A stretch of 63,713 bases of DNA, filler included, from Craspedostauros australis (Eukaryota): NCBI GenBank assembly GCA_030167865.1. It is 15 parts of 15 records of this genome, joined end to end, with 100 filler letters (N's around TTAATTAATTAA, not from the genome) between each part and the next. Parts side by side here need not be neighbours in the genome. Positions count along the whole stretch, not along the records: positions 45,591 to 46,999 come from JALAGF010001059.1; positions 47,100 to 48,475 come from JALAGF010001060.1; positions 48,576 to 51,265 come from JALAGF010001062.1; positions 51,366 to 56,201 come from JALAGF010001064.1; positions 56,302 to 57,398 come from JALAGF010001065.1; 10 more parts are not named here. The stretch is one strand, 5' to 3'. This document shows, piece after piece, positions 45,591-57,498 of the stretch (position 1 is its first letter; each line of letters opens with the position of its first letter). The notes below the pieces were generated by a model. It had not been told where the DNA came from. It did no database searches and saw only the letters and a list, made by a program, of their open reading frames with translations. The translations under genes and the position numbers were made by a program.

Positions 45591-46999
45591 GAGCTGAGCG
45601 TTGGTCACTCCGACATGATCGACATCATGGATGAGAGCAGAGAAGGCGCAGGCAAACTGGGTCAACGGATCAGAGGTGATACCGCACGTGTGATCGTGGA
45701 GGCTGGCCGCGACTTGATCGGTGGCTTCGGTGACCGAAACTCCATCGATCGACTTCTCCAGCATCAGGTCGGTCGGCGCAACGATGCGAGCCAGGAGCTT
45801 GATGACGGACATGGTCACGTGCGATGCGTGCTCGAAGTTGTGGAAGGAATTGGCACGGTACATGCTGGCGATGCTGGCGATCAGCTCTCGCAGCTGCTGT
45901 ACGATGACAGGATCGAGATGGATCTGATCTGGATCGGCATACTGTCTGGCGATCTTGGAATCGAACTCAGGAAGGCTGATGATCTCCCGCACCTCATCGA
46001 GCGGATTGAAAGTCACACCGATATCGATGTCGATGTCGGATGGGTGAGCAGAAGGCTGGTCCCAACTTGAGGAGCTTGTGAATACTTGAGATCGACGTGA
46101 CTTCACAGTGTTGGAGTTCTCGTTGATGGCATCCCTGCGAGCGACGATCTGCTTGATCAGATGCAGCATCATCTCCACGTTCCAGTCCACAAGACGCAGG
46201 CTGCGCTCGTCCAGTCCGCTTTCTGCGACGCGGCCTGATTGGTCCGCTGGTCTGGACGGAGCTGGCATGAGGCTCTGCAGGAATCCAGCATCGCTGTTGC
46301 TGGTGCAGCTTCCGCGATCCTTCTGGTCGTATCCAGAGCCGATCCAGTATCTGCGCATCGGAGAGACGTCGAATGAGCGATGGAGCAGACAGGAAGGCAG
46401 GTGACAATTGAGAGATAGATTGCACAGATCATGAGTAATCATGTGTGAGATGAAGAGGAAGACGACAAACGAAGCAACAACAGTGTAGGGAATAGTAGCA
46501 GTAGCATCAACAGCATCAACAGCATCAACAGCATCAACAGCATCAACAACACAAACACAAACACAAACACCAATGCAACCGTCAACTCACGTTTGCATAT
46601 CCCCCTTTCCTTTGGCCTTCACCATGTGCTCGCGTTTGATCAGCCAGTGNNNNNNNNNNNNNNNNTTCAAATACTCAGCAGTCTCCGTAGACACCTGGAT
46701 TCGCCCAACCTGACCAGTGTGCTCGATACGGGAAGCCGTATTCATCGTGTCCCCGAACAGCTGGAAGCGAGCCCTCTCTCCTCTCAGGACACCAGCGGTC
46801 ACCGGACCCGAGTGGATTCCGATACGAAGCGACAGATCACCCGTATCTGGGCCGTGCGTGATCTCCAGCTCCTTCGTCATCACGTTCACGCGTGTGAGGA
46901 TATCGCGAGCGAATCGGACCATCACCACGGCATGATCCTTTCGCGGATCAGGGATGCCGGTGGCGGCGACGTAGCAGTCACCGACGGTCTCGACCTTGA
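45591..46999 (-). CDS. Cyclase-PDE fusion gene, internal fragment (copy A)
   Basis: KVETVGDCY..RIGIHSGPVTAGVLRGERARFQLFGDTMNTASR..KGKGDMQT, intron, then YW..RLVDWNV..YRANSFHNFEHASHV..SDPLTQFACAFSALIHDVDHVGVTN (PDE HD motif). Confidence 0.93.
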
Positions 47000-47099
47000 N
47001 NNNNNNNNNNNNNNNNNNNNNNNNNNNNNNNNNNNNNNNNNNNTTAATTAATTAANNNNNNNNNNNNNNNNNNNNNNNNNNNNNNNNNNNNNNNNNNNN

Positions 47100-48475
47100 G
47101 AGCTGAGCGTTGGTCACTCCGACATGATCGACATCATGGATGAGAGCAGAGAAGGCGCAGGCAAACTGGGTCAACGGATCAGAGGTGATACCGCACGTGT
47201 GATCGTGGAGGCTGGCCGCGACTTGATCGGTGGCTTCGGTGACCGAAACTCCATCGATCGACTTCTCCAGCATCAGGTCGGTCGGCGCAACGATGCGAGC
47301 CAGGAGCTTGATGACGGACATGGTCACGTGCGATGCGTGCTCGAAGTTGTGGAAGGAATTGGCACGGTACATGCTGGCGATGCTGGCGATCAGCTCTCGC
47401 AGCTGCTGTACGATGACAGGATCGAGATGGATCTGATCTGGATCGGCATACTGTCTGGCGATCTTGGAATCGAACTCAGGAAGGCTGATGATCTCCCGCA
47501 CCTCATCGAGCGGATTGAAAGTCGCACCGATATCGAGGTCGATGTCGGATGGGTGAGCAGAAGGCTGGTCCCAACTTGAGGAGCTTGCGAATACTTGAGA
47601 TCGACGTGGCTTCACAGTGTTGGAGTTCTCGTTGATGGCATCCCTGCGAGCGACGATCTGCTTGATCAGATGCAGCAGCATCTCCACGTTCCAGTCCACA
47701 AGACGCAGGCTGCGCTCGTCCAGTCCGCTTTCTGCGACGCGGCCTGATTGGTGCACTGGTCTGGATGGAACCGACATGAGGCTCTGCAGGAATCCAGCAT
47801 CGCTGTTGCTGGTGCAGCTTCCGCGATCCTTCTGGTCGTATCCAGAGCCGATCCAGTATCTGCGCATCGGAGGGACGTCGAATGAACGATGGAGCAGACA
47901 GGAAGACAGGTGACAATTGAGAGGTAGATTGCACAGATCATGAGTAATCATGAGTGAGATGAAGATGAAGAAGACAAACGAAGCAACAACAGTGTAGGGA
48001 ATAGTAGCAGTAGCATCAACAGCATCAACAACACAAACACAAACACCAATGCAACCGTCAACTCACGTTTGCATATCCCCCTTTCCTTTGGCCTTCACCA
48101 TGTGCTCGCGTTTGATCAGCCAGTGNNNNNNNNNNNNNNNNTTCAAATACTCAGCAGTCTCCGTAGACACCTGGATTCGCCCAACCTGACCAGTGTGCTC
48201 GATACGGGAAGCCGTATTCATCGTGTCCCCGAACAGCTGGAAGCGAGCCCTCTCTCCTCTCAGGACACCAGCGGTCACCGGACCCGAGTGGATTCCGATA
48301 CGAAGCGACAGATCACCCGTATCTGGGCCGTGCGTGATCTCCAGCTCCTTCGTCATCACGTTCACGCGTGTGAGGATATCGCGAGCGAATCGGACCATCA
48401 CCACGGCATGATCCTTTCGCGGATCAGGGATGCCGGTGGCGGCGACGTAGCAGTCACCGACGGTCTCGACCTTGA
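47100..48475 (-). CDS. Cyclase-PDE fusion gene, internal fragment (copy B; allele or recent duplicate of copy A)
   Basis: Same endpoints and the same internal N gap as 45591-46999. Differs by SNPs and by intron microsatellite copy number. Confidence 0.93.
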
Positions 48476-48575
48476 NNNNNNNNNNNNNNNNNNNNNNNNN
48501 NNNNNNNNNNNNNNNNNNNTTAATTAATTAANNNNNNNNNNNNNNNNNNNNNNNNNNNNNNNNNNNNNNNNNNNN

Positions 48576-48659
48576 AACGTAATGAAATAGCAAACAAACG
48601 ACTATCAACCAACACCATCTTCCACGATCGTAGGTTACCGTGAGCGGAACTTGCCAACA
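48576..48659 (+). mobile_element. LTR terminus, copy 3, inserted into a LINE ORF
   Basis: Reverse complement of 25052/26572. Ends GGAACTTGCCAACA at 48659. Confidence 0.8.
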
Positions 48660-49690
48660 ACCATACAGAAACTTATGACGGGCACCAGTGCCAGTGGCAA
48701 GAACATGGCGCGACGGCAGCAAGAACGCACAGACAGGTGCCCCCGGTGCGGCCAGCCTGAGGACAACCAGCATATCCTCATGTGCCCCAGCACCGCCAGC
48801 CAAGCCATATGGGCCAAGGCGATCCAAAAGGTACGGTCAATCGTGCGACCGCCTACGACGCCGCCAGCAGTCGCCCAACTCGTGTGCACAGCCATCCGAC
48901 GCATCACCACAGGGGGCCTTCCACCATCTGGCATCCGGGACTCTCCAACCAAATCCATACAGCTCCAGCAGTCCAAGGTTGGATGGACGGCCATGCTCTG
49001 GGGAGGATGGGCGCGACAATGGCGGGAGCAAGCGCCCCCCATGGCGCCGCATCGCCGCCGACGCAGCCCACGGCTGCTGCACGACTGGCAGGCCAGCGTC
49101 ACCAATCTGATGTGGCACACTGCCCTTTCACAATGGCAGGACCGGAACGACGCCAAGGCATCCCTAACGTCGGCCGACGTGATGCCTGAGCTCTGTCAAT
49201 ACTTTCAAGCGATGACGGCGCGGCCAGCCGCCTCCATCCCTGCAGTCCTCCGCCCGCTATGGGAACAGCCCCCGCAGCAAGCACGCACCACGCAGCTCAT
49301 TCAGTGGGTCCAGGCGATGCGTCAGGGGCTTGGCACCGACGCACCGCCAGCAGACCCAGTGCTGGTGAACTGGATGCGAAACCACAGCCGCAAAGACCGC
49401 CCCGGTGACACTCCCGCTGACAACGCACCGCCCGCCGACCCCGCCGGCAACCCAGCACGGCAAGCTCTGATCACGCCACACTAAGACCACCCATACATCC
49501 GTTCCCGCTGCGTGCCCACACGTAGAATAAACGAGGCGGAATCAAAGCGCCCCCGGCGCATGACCTAACAGTTATAGTCCGTGTGATATATATATGTGCC
49601 TTTCAGGGACACACTCCCTGAGATGGCCTGTTCTCAACTGGCTTGGAAACTGCTTGCTGTTGAGAGCCAGGCAGGGCAAAGTAAATTAAT
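48660..49690 (+). mobile_element. 3' end of a non-LTR retrotransposon (C-terminal CCHC zinc-finger region plus 3' UTR), Ambal/L1-like
   Basis: RCPRCGQPEDNQHILMCP, QQSKVGWTAMLWGGWARQW and LMWHTALSQWQDRN (WxxRN). Stop at 49484. GC-rich relative to its flanks. Confidence 0.8.
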
Positions 49691-50612
49691 TGGTCAATGT
49701 GAACTGAAGAGTAATTGCAATAGGTTGTGAATTACAATCGAAGTGAATTATGATGAAAGGTTGTCCAACTTGAGGAGTCATAGAAAAGTCAAGCATGCAA
49801 AGCCATGGGATAAGCCGTCCTTTGGTAGAACCAAACAGGACACCACCTACTCCTGTGGAGCAGTTGATGCAGATCCTTTCTTTGGAGATCTCACCCAAAT
49901 CTTCCGATCCGGAGCAAGGAAGAGCCAATTCGGTCTTGTTGAGAGCTACAATCTGATTGGTTGCAGCAACAGATGACAGAAGGAAGCAATGCGCTTGCAG
50001 ACGGAGTGTTGCTTGCGTCAGAGCAGATGGTGACAAGCAGGATGCAAGATCAGATCGTCATGAGAGCATGGCGAGTGTCTGATTTTGCGCCCCGTCTTGC
50101 TTGGTTATCCACTGTGTCCTTGTTGCACGTTTTGTGCATGTCAGTAAGTCCTGGTTTCGAGTGAGCGAATCAATTTTGCTCACATAACGACTTACTTGCT
50201 TGGACGCACGGCTCTAACGCGGTTGTGGGTCTAGTGTGTCCCAACTCAACACGTGAATCCTAACTGAGCCGTTTCATGTTCTTTCTCGTCAGGCGGACAT
50301 GCGGACGGACGTTACACGTGCTGAATATTTCCCGCACTTTGATTTGAAGATGGTATCTTTCGGAGGAGTTGATGTGACACCCCCTGGATCTGACAGACAC
50401 GAACATCAACACGTTTTCCACATCTCTGTTGCGTTGGTTGCTGCTGCCTGCTCCGTTTGACATCGCTGTGGCTGATGTTTCTTCTCTTCGCACACTTGTG
50501 CAATGCTGGGTGCGCGCAGTGTCTCCACAACAACAAGAGAGCACAAGAAGCACAACACCAAGCACCATAACGCTATTCAACACAACGCATCCCTTTCCAC
50601 TACTCCAGCATC

Positions 50613-51265
50613 ATGACCTTCCATTCCATCTCCGTCCTCCTGATCCTCGCAGCATCCGCGAGCGCGTTCCAAACGCCGCGCATGCACCACACGCGCAATA
50701 CTGCCACCATGCTCGGCGCCGGCACGTTGCTGCCCGAGACGTTTCTCATCGCTGACGATGCCGTCGTGGCCGCCGCGACGGATCCCTCCATGCTGCAGCA
50801 AGCCGGCGGCGTCCTGCAGACCGTGGCAGCCGTCATCACAGGCCTCATCTTCTTCTTCGCCGCCGTCGCCTTTCTCTATGCCAGCTTCATCATCCCGGCC
50901 GCGGCCGAACAGCTCGAGAAGGAATGCAAGGAGCTGCAGCCGGGATTGTGGGAAGAGTACGTAGCGCAATTGAACAAAGGCGAGACGATGGCGCAGCGAC
51001 CCGATCTCATGCAGGAGCTGGGCACCAAGCTGCAGCCGTTTTTGGAAGACAAACTGAAGAAGATGGACGACAACGGAGAGCTCTCGGCCTTGCAGAGCAC
51101 TCTCAATCCCATGCCGCGATCAACGCCGGCGCAGCAGGAGGAGCCACCGGTGCAGTCCACTGTCATTCCGACGATGAACCAATGGGACGATGATGGTCCT
51201 GCAGGAACCGGGGTTGTGGATGCCACCATTGTGTCGAAGAAGGATGTTCCGGAGACCGGCGGCGG
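50613..51265 (+). CDS. Plastid-targeted single-TM hypothetical protein (3' truncated)
   Basis: Bipartite presequence MTFHSISVLLILAASASA|FQTPR (ASAFAP-type). TM segment VAAVITGLIFFFAAVAFLYASFII, then PAAAEQLEKECKELQPGLWEEY..RPDLMQELG. Confidence 0.85.
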
Positions 51266-51665
51266 NNNNNNNNNNNNNNNNNNNNNNNNNNNNNNNNNNN
51301 NNNNNNNNNTTAATTAATTAANNNNNNNNNNNNNNNNNNNNNNNNNNNNNNNNNNNNNNNNNNNNAAGAACCACGCCTGAATTCCAAACCTGCGCCACCT
51401 GGTCGCCCATTTACTTTGCTTCCATGTTTTGGCGTCAAGTTTTGGTGGTCGCACGTTTCCATATGTTGACACCGCAGATACAACTGAGTCGAGTCTCGCA
51501 TGGTTGGACTCGACTGACTGGTCTCAGTCACGGACGTTACCGGACTCGATCCAGTACTGGCAACAATAGATACATGACTGGACTCAATTGGGAGACTAGG
51601 ATATTCTAGCTAGTTATCAGTCTAGGTCAGGCATGATGCTGATAGGTACTGATGGGTGGATAGAG

Positions 51666-54600
51666 AATACTAGTGGCTTTTGGCTTGGATGGAGGCCAAT
51701 TTTTTGGTAACCATTGGGAACAATTGGTATCTAGTCGTATGAGTCGATTTTGACGTAGACGCTGGTACATTTTGTACGTCAGTCCCACGCGAACCGGCCC
51801 AAAAACCACCATTTTTGACACAAACCTCTTCGGCAAGTCCATGCCGCTCCATTTGTTTGAGCTCTCCTTTTGTGAGCATTCTCATGTGTGGCTTTTAATC
51901 ACCCTCTCCAAGTTTGGTGGCGATTGGTTGGGTAGGTGTCGAGATCTGCTCGTTTCTCTGGGGCCACCACTCGATATTGACATTCACGAATGCCAATCAC
52001 CACGATGCATCGTGGAGAATTTCAGTGCAACTATGCAGTGGTCATCTTGCTTCATCCTGGAGCCATCACCAATGCTCAACATTCCAATACATCATACATT
52101 CCGTCCATATTATGGTACTGTAGTTAAGTTCAGACAGTCAGTCCAGGGTCCTCGATGTGATTCAATGCATGTTGCTCAAAGCAAGTGCTTCTGCTGCCAT
52201 CTTCCCCAACTGGAGAGCAACACCACACTGTTTTATTCGCTGCTGCAGAAGGGCATCCGTGGCAGACGTAGTTGACACTCTTCTTGCATCTGCAGCACTT
52301 GCCTCTTTTCTTCCTCCACCCCATCACTTTCTGCCCCTTGGAGTTTGTGTACGAGTTGGGGATGGAGTCTTCGGTGACTCGAATGCAATGATTGCATATT
52401 TCGAACATTGTGTTCCTTTCTTTTGGCCTTGGTGGTAGTGGAGCAATCTCTATACCTCGTTGTGAATCGTTGCTGGTTGTATCACTTGATGTTGCACTGA
52501 TGCCAACAACAAGTGTTTGGTCATATCTTGCAATGCGGTCTTTGTTGTTTTGTATCATGTCTTCTGCAAGTAGATTGATGAAGTCCACAAGTGTCACATG
52601 CTTATGCCTGTGGTTGCCTGCCATGTGATGTTTGTATGCCAGCCATGCATCCACCACAGTTATACCAAACAATGTCGTCACAAGGCGAAAGTAGCCATTG
52701 CGGGTCCTCCACACCCTCTCAAGACTGAGGGTGTCTTGGCGTTCTTGATTGTGGCTATCCACTTTGCCACAGTCGCGGAAGTATTTTGCTGCGACTTGGG
52801 GTCTTGAAATTTCCCTGGACTCCGCAGTATCTTCATCTGAGGTCCACCGGGCGATGTATGGGTTGCCCGGGTTCGCATAACCCACCCCTTCTGAGAACAC
52901 AAACAAGATCACTTTCTTCTTGCAATACTTGTACCCCATTGCATAGTATGCAGTTCTTGTTTTGTTGCTGCCATCGCCACTGTCTTCGTCATTGCCTTTG
53001 CACCGAAGGAGCAGCTGCGATCCAGATGGCCAATTCTCCATTGATTTCTCAAGAAAGGCTTTCGGGAAACTGGCATGGTTGTTTTTGACGACGCCAGTGA
53101 AATCAGAATCTGCTTGAGTGGTCAAGGCATGAACTGTCCGATAGGAACCGAACCAGGCATCGCCAAGGAAGATGCTCTTTGGAAGGTGTGGTGGATGGTA
53201 GTGAAGGTTCTGCTCTCCCATTCTTCTGGTGGCCATCGCCATGCAAAGGGTGCAGGCAACATGTGCTTGCTTCACAGTATCAAGATACTTTGCGTTCTCC
53301 ATTCCCTTCTTGCCTCTCTGTATCTCCAGGTGGATGATGCCAGTTGCACTATCGGCCACTGACTTTAGCTCGGTACCTAAGGGCTCTGGCTTGCGACTGA
53401 CGAATGTCAGGTGTGGCAGGTTCCCAGTTTTCTTTGTTTGAGGTTGGAAAGCGCTCATGGATTCATCAAGTACTTTGATATGACTTGGTATGACAACTTT
53501 GGAGCGCCGGCGGTTGAATGCCTCGATGCCTGCCTGAATCTGCCACCATGGATCCTCGCCCCTCCTTGATTCATCCGCAAATATCATCGGCATCAGAATC
53601 TCGCGAAGTTGGCGGAAGCGTCCTTTGGACATGTAGTTCGAGATGTTCGTTGTCTGCAGGAACCCCTCCTGTTGTCCCTGTCCCCACAGGTTGCAGGTGT
53701 TGTGAAGCTTGCTCAAAAGCAGGATGCCAAAGAACACCCAGAACTCGCTGTCGGAGACAGTGCGAGAGATCCCGATCGAATCTCCTGCTGAATTCGCATT
53801 GATGATCCGCTGGTTGAAGCAGTCCACCTGCGCTTTCCAGTCACCTGGCCACATATGTTGGATGAGACGCAACAAGTTGGCATGGCCCCTTCGGTTGCTG
53901 CTTGACTTCCGCGATGTTTCGCGGAAGTCAAACCCAGTCACTGCCACAGTCTTGCATGTCGTAGGGCTGTGAGCTTCGATGTGGTCGTCAGGAACCACAG
54001 TCCAGGTCTGAGTATCAAGGCCCTTGCCCACAACCACATTCGTCCCCATAAGGGCAAGCTTGGCTGCCCTGTGCGGCACTGCGTCGGCCAGTCGGTTGCC
54101 TCGAAAGGAGTAGTCAAGGCGTGGTCCATCATGGACTGACAAGGCGCTGGCGTCGTCGCCCATTGGCAAGTCGCCGCCACCATCAGCATCATCGGCTCCA
54201 TCAGAGGCATCGCAGGTGCTGCAAAGATCAGCGCGAAGCTCGTCGCCATCGGAGATTGCTCCTTCGACGCGAAAAGAGCGAGAGGCGGAGTCTGATCCAG
54301 CTGGAGGAACTCTTGACATCGATTCAGGGTGGCCATGATGGGAATGATTGGAACTGTTTGAAATCGATGCGTGGGCGATGGAGACGCCAGCCATCACGTT
54401 CCTGACTGCTGAGCCAATCTGGAGCTCTGCATGGGGCGCAGCGATGAATGCGCGTTTCTTCTGGAAGCGTCGCAGTGCCAACACACCCTTCCCAATGTAG
54501 CGGGTGCGGATGAGGTCGGTAATTTCCTCAGGAGGGGCATGGTGAATGGGTTCGTTGCTGAGCTTCAACGTCGCAGCTTGGTGGTCACACACAACCTCGA

Positions 54601-55573
54601 GCGAGGTCCAGTGGATCGACTAGACACAATCAGCGAGGGACTTCAGGACGATGCCGCGGAGAGGGACCTTCTCACCATGAGATCCGTGGGAGGGATGGTT
54701 GAACTTGGAGAGGACGTGGGAACCAACTTTGAGAGGCATGGTGAAGAGGAGTGTTGGTGGTGGACGAGTTGATTGTGATACTTGGAGGAGCACTGATATG
54801 GAGGAAAGTTGGTATATGTGTGGAGCAAGTGAAGGACGAAGACCAATACTACATGGGCGGGTGCAAGAGAGGATACTATGTCGATTGAAGGCAGCCACAC
54901 GATGATACGACGTCAGGGCGATGCAACAACCTTGCATAAAGTAGATAGACTCATGTGAGCAACTCAGTCCGAATCAACAACACGTAAACAACACGCGATA
55001 ATTTTTGGCGCGAACTTTTTTACGTTCACGGATTGATGATCATGCCTGTCATGAGCATTAGTGACTAACTTCGAACACACAATGCAACACACAAAAGCAA
55101 TCTGGACCGCCGACCAGCACACCACCCGAAGCAGAATGAAGTGACGAATACAGCCATGCCATTCACTTGAGCAATTGACGAAACAGAATTGGATGCAGGT
55201 CTTTGGAAGATGGTTGGTCGAGATTGGACGAAAACGCAACAAATTTCTGTACCAGAACGTCGTAGACTCTACGCGGTTACCAATGGTTACCAACGAAAAA
55301 ATTCCGAAATCACGTCCGTACGTCGTCCGTACGAAAAATACCGATAAAGGGTTAAAACAGGCATCAAGATGAACAGCAAGCGGAGACCGTTTGCCAACAA
55401 TGAACACATCAACAGATAGCTCTCACTCTCCTCTTTTCTAATGGTGCAAAGATGTCGGTCAACGGCCATCAGCTCATCGAATGGTTGCTTGTGCTGTCGG
55501 CGATAGGCCAATGGTTACCAACAACTACCAAAAAGTGCAAAAAACCGGAAATTAGCCACTAGCCACTAGTATT
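51666..55573 (-). mobile_element. piggyBac-family DNA transposon, apparently full length, with inverted termini
   Basis: 18/20 inverted repeat (51666-51685 versus 55554-55573). Subterminal TTGGTAACCATTGG at 51704-51717, inverted at 55280-55293 and 55508-55521. Encloses the transposase. Confidence 0.75.
52130..54739 (-). CDS. piggyBac-like DDD transposase with C-terminal Cys-rich domain and one in-frame TAG near the N-terminus
   Basis: Catalytic-triad motifs VLDESMS, FLGDAWFGS and KVDSHNQERQ. Also RKPEPLGTELK, MSKGRFRQL and CCRC..CHGC..CC..CFEQH. The frame extends upstream to the ATG at 54739 through a TAG at 54622-54620. Confidence 0.92.
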
Positions 55574-57498
55574 GATGGAAGTGAACTGAGCAGGAGGAGT
55601 GCAAGAAGGTGACAATACAAGAACTACATGAACATGCCAAAAGCACAGCACACCACCGCAGAAAAGCAAAACTCGATTTGGCGGCAAAATGTGAGGAGAT
55701 TTGTGACATGTGACGAGAGTCAAATTTGAATTTGAATGATAACGTCTAGAAGCGGCTTGTTATTTCAAAAACGTGTTCGGACAGGTTGAACAATGACGTC
55801 GCTGAAATGTCAAATTCCGTACGCAACCCGTCAAAAATATTTCTCTCCCGAACGTGTCTGCGCACATTGCGTTGTTTGCATCGGAAAAGCTAATCAATCC
55901 CTTGCGATCATCACGGAGCATTGTGCATATTCGACCAAGAGGACCGTAAATCTACAAAGGTGGATAAAAATTAAAATAAGACATTAAAGCAAAATCTGCG
56001 TCCACTATGATTCTTATATTTTTCTCTAGTTTATGAATATGTGCGTGGTTTGGTATAAATCCCCGTAAGTTGCCACCCCTCCAGGACCGACTGCAGGTCC
56101 CGTCACACAACCGGGTCATATCGCATGTAATTTGATGAGTCCCAGGGTCCAAAATAACCTGATAGAGACATTTATTTTGGGGGGTGGATGAGAATTTCGC
56201 TNNNNNNNNNNNNNNNNNNNNNNNNNNNNNNNNNNNNNNNNNNNNTTAATTAATTAANNNNNNNNNNNNNNNNNNNNNNNNNNNNNNNNNNNNNNNNNNN
56301 NGAGGTACCCTGCGCACTCCACGCATCCCACGATCATGTTCTCAGATAATCCTTTCATGTGCGCGACAGTGGCAGTGGCATGGAAGGAATGGTACAGACT
56401 CTCAAGGACAACACAGGCACAGATGATCTTTGTGATTTAGCCACAGTGGACATCCTTTGGTATGACATGATGGCTTCGACGCATTGATGGTACCATGCAT
56501 TCCACCATTTCTTGCTGGACATGCAGGAGGATTTGGTCGGTTGTTGATGGCATTGATGTCATTGATGTCATTGATGGCATTGACGGCTGTGGGGGACTGG
56601 CCGATGAGCACAGTAGTTGACCATTGCTCCAAAAGATCTTCGGATGCGAAGAGCGGTATCGTATGTTTGGTTGGCATCTATTGGTGCAGCAGTTTGTCCA
56701 TTCTGTGTGTTCTGCCATTCGTGGAGTTGGTCGTTTGTCTGTTGGTTGATTTGCGCTGCTGAATTGTGGATTTTGTTTGTTGTGCGGAGTGATCACTTGT
56801 CTGCCCATTCATTTGNNNNNNNNNNNNNNNNNNNNNNNNNNNNNNNNNNNNNNNNNNNNNNNNNNNNNNNNNNNNNNNNNNNNNNNNNNNNNNNNNNGAT
56901 CGTACGATGCTCATGCTGTTTGACATTTGAGCCACGCAGAATCTGTAGTGTGTGCAGGCGCGCATCCGCATCAGACAGCATTCCATGGGATGCCAGAGGA
57001 GCAACATCAATTAGAGCACAATGATCAATGAGTGGCATTGATGTAGGTGATGACAAATCAAACTGGAACAAGTGATTGTTGCCAAATACTCTGCTGATTT
57101 GTTGGTTGCAGCCAACAGAACTCAGTCAGGTGTTCTCTGTTATGTACCCTGCAGGCTCTGCAGCTGTGACCTGTGAGCTCTGCTTGCTGCCAAATGATGC
57201 AGAGTGATCTGTTGATCGTTTTGAGATACTTTGCTTTATGTACTATGCTCTTTGTTGGATACTCTGGTGTTGGGGATTTGTAGTTTCTTGATTGTTGCCA
57301 ATTACTTTGCAGTGTATTCGATGCTTGATCCTTTTCTGCTGCTGGTTGCTTCCTGTTGGATCTTCTCTGTGAATTTGGTTGTGGTTGGATGCTCCTCGNN
57401 NNNNNNNNNNNNNNNNNNNNNNNNNNNNNNNNNNNNNNNNNNTTAATTAATTAANNNNNNNNNNNNNNNNNNNNNNNNNNNNNNNNNNNNNNNNNNNN

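Noticed and set aside
49700..50200. Short ORFs downstream of the LINE end
   Set aside because: They are fragmentary with no recognisable domain and cannot be assigned.
55574..56201. AT-rich sequence beyond the piggyBac end, and GACTC-rich repeats at 51480-51600, as a possible host DNA transposon
   Set aside because: No matching termini or coding remnant could be demonstrated within the contig.
56302..57398. Contig with 9-nt repeats and Cys/His-containing fragments, possibly a decayed retroelement gag
   Set aside because: No diagnostic motif could be read with confidence, and there are many stops and an internal gap.
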